A stretch of 64,000 nt of DNA from Obrimoposthia wandeli. Lineage: Eukaryota. Location: the NCBI GenBank assembly GCA_977020255.1, contig CDROCS010001717.1, positions 248,001 through 312,000 on the forward strand, in the 5' to 3' direction. The position numbers and the translations under genes were made by a program. Positions 62,301 to 64,000 of the stretch are shown here, in pieces (within the stretch, counting starts at the first letter, position 1; each line of letters begins with the position of its first letter). A model generated the notes under the pieces. The model had not been told where the DNA came from, made no database searches, and worked only from the letters and a program-made list of their open reading frames with translations.

Positions 62301-62471
62301 NNNNNNNNNNNNNNNNNNNNNNNNNNNNNNNNNNNNNNNNNNNNNNNNNNNNNNNNNNNNNNNNNNNNNNNNNNNNNNNNNNNNNNNNNNNNNNNNNNNN
62401 NNNNNNNNNNNNNNNNNNNNNNNNNNNNNNNNNNNNNNNNNNNNNNNNNNNNNNNNNNNNNNNNNNNNNNN
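62301..62471. other. Assembly gap (N run)
   Basis: Run of N characters. Confidence 1.
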
Positions 62472-62475
62472 CTCC

Positions 62476-62725
62476 GCCCGCCCCTTCGGGCGGGCTCTAT
62501 TCTCACGAAAATAACTACAAAACATGCGCTACAGTATCACTTTACCTCTCACAACTACAAATGTAACCGACCCGTGTCATACCCTAACATATACCACCCG
62601 CCCCTTCGGGGCGGGCTTCATTTTTGATCTACAGGCACAAAAAAAACATTACAAAAATTATTTGAATAAAAGGCTCTCATTGGACAATAAAAGAGGGTTA
62701 GTAAGATGTTTGTGTATATAAAGAC
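62476..62725 (+). promoter_or_regulatory. Polinton ORF1 promoter: two inverted GC-box pairs, ATTGG (CCAAT) box, TATA box
   Basis: CCCGCCCCTTCGG(G)GCGGG at about 62477 and 62597, ATTGG at 62679-83, TATATAAA at 62715-22, ATG at 62757. The CCAAT block is conserved in copies A (about 47990) and B (about 57785). Confidence 0.6.
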
Positions 62726-62756
62726 ACCTCCATTCATTATTTTTCATAAATCAACA

Positions 62757-63977
62757 ATGCCATTCTACAACAACGTTGACCTAGACGAAGAGACGGAGGT
62801 TCAACTCTATGGGGATCTCTCTCCAGTGCAGCAGCGAACGCCACCACCGTCGCAATACATTGACTTAGATAGTCAAGAGTCATCGGTGGTGAGCGAAGGA
62901 GAAGCAGCAGCAAGAGCGAACATGTTGGAAGCCTCATTGGCCAGCTCAACTCCAAGAGAAGAACCAATGAACGTGAGAGGTGGGGTACAGAGATCCCAAT
63001 ATATCGATCTGACTAGTCAGGATTCGATAGAGAATTGGGAAAACTGTACTCCCAGACAAAACACAAAACCCAATCGTCCGGCAACTTCAGCAGTAGCAGC
63101 AGGGAGATTCAATCTCATAGATAATTTTGAAGTGGCAATCAAATGCCCCTGGAAATTGATCCCGCTGTCTCAACCGAAGAAAGTCCTCGCACCAGAATCA
63201 GACGAGGAGCTGTTCACCGATGATGTACCTTCGGATTGGGAGGAGGACTTGACTCCATTCATCGACGAATGGATACAGCCAAGTATCGGAGCCCCTGAAG
63301 CCAACGAGTCGATGGTAGCAGAATTGGACGAGGACGAGTGGCACCTGTTCACCGACGATTGGGATGGTCTCACTCCCTCTGCTACTCCGAAAGCAGATAA
63401 TACAATGCCTGAACCATTCAAAAGGCCAAAATCTCCTGTTAGGAGAATAAAACCGACGAATGAGGTTAGACATCATTTATTTTAAATGTTTTTTAATTTC
63501 ATTTTCAGAAACTTCAACTGGATTTGGCACCGTCAGTGACCATGGTGGAGAGGCTAATTGAACTGCAGTACTTGGCGAGTCAATGCAGCCAGGAGCTGCC
63601 AAGGAGTCAGCTCCGATACCTAGCGTCTTCAGATAATTTTAAGGTAAATTATTTAGATATTTAATTTAATAATTCACATAGATGGAGAACATTCACGAAG
63701 AGGCGACGTCTATTCAACCGGTGGATAGGAAGCAAGCGGCAGTTAAGAAACCGCAACGCCATCGGGTCAAAACCCTCACGCGGAAGAAGGCCAAGTTGGT
63801 GAAACAGGCTAACCTGCCCATCATTGAGGTAAATTATTTATATGTTTAAATTTTATTAATATTTTGCAGGAACCCGTCCAGATATTTGAGGAGACTTGGG
63901 GAGAAGTTACTCCTTTCTCGCGGAAACGGACGAAGAGGGCAGAGGTGAAGAAGACGAGGCGCTCGAGAAAATGTTAA
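62757..63977 (+). CDS. Polinton ORF1 (copy C), spliced; 365 codons open over four exons before a probable premature TAA
   Basis: Exons 62757-63464, 63509-63643, 63682-63828 and 63870-63977. Introns of 44, 38 and 41 nt, all GT-AG phase 0. Confidence 0.75.
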
Positions 63978-64000
63978 ACCTCAATTGGTCATTATTCTGA

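Noticed and set aside
17122-64000. flamenco-like uniform antisense orientation of TEs in the host introns
   Set aside because: Several remnants (LINE, Gypsy at 42-43 kb, Tc1, two mariners, Polinton copy C) are on the + strand, so the bias is not convincing.

Overview
This is AT-rich eukaryotic (probably invertebrate metazoan) genomic DNA made mostly of decayed mobile elements. One host gene can be assembled by hand: a prominin-like multi-pass membrane protein on the + strand, with four phase-compatible exons (16714-17121, 21456-21678, 34704-35011, 43458-44504) separated by 4-13 kb TE-filled introns. Two Polinton/Maverick (adintovirus-like) lineages are present. The first is an old AT-rich lineage in two opposite-orientation remnants (about 6.8-8.9 kb and 31.9-34.3 kb) with packaging ATPase, integrase and penton-like genes, plus a TBP-like gene and a catalytically dead dual-specificity phosphatase. 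The second is a younger family piled up as at least four copies in 45-64 kb. It has AGTAG(T) termini, a 2.9-kb deletion derivative with a 6-bp TSD nested inside its own family, an intron-containing pPolB gene with a tandem-exon N-terminal extension, and a spliced SIM-like/AT-hook ORF. Other elements are a complete two-LTR BEL/Pao-type element with a tRNA-iMet PBS and an unexplained extra 5' ORF region, Gypsy, mariner/Tc1, pogo, hAT/MITE and LINE remnants, a 12-copy covarying stem-loop array at 3.46-3.90 kb, and a 158-bp-arm fold-back next to an N gap. No rRNA, tRNA gene or true CRISPR array was seen. All family calls rest on motif recognition by eye, not database searches.
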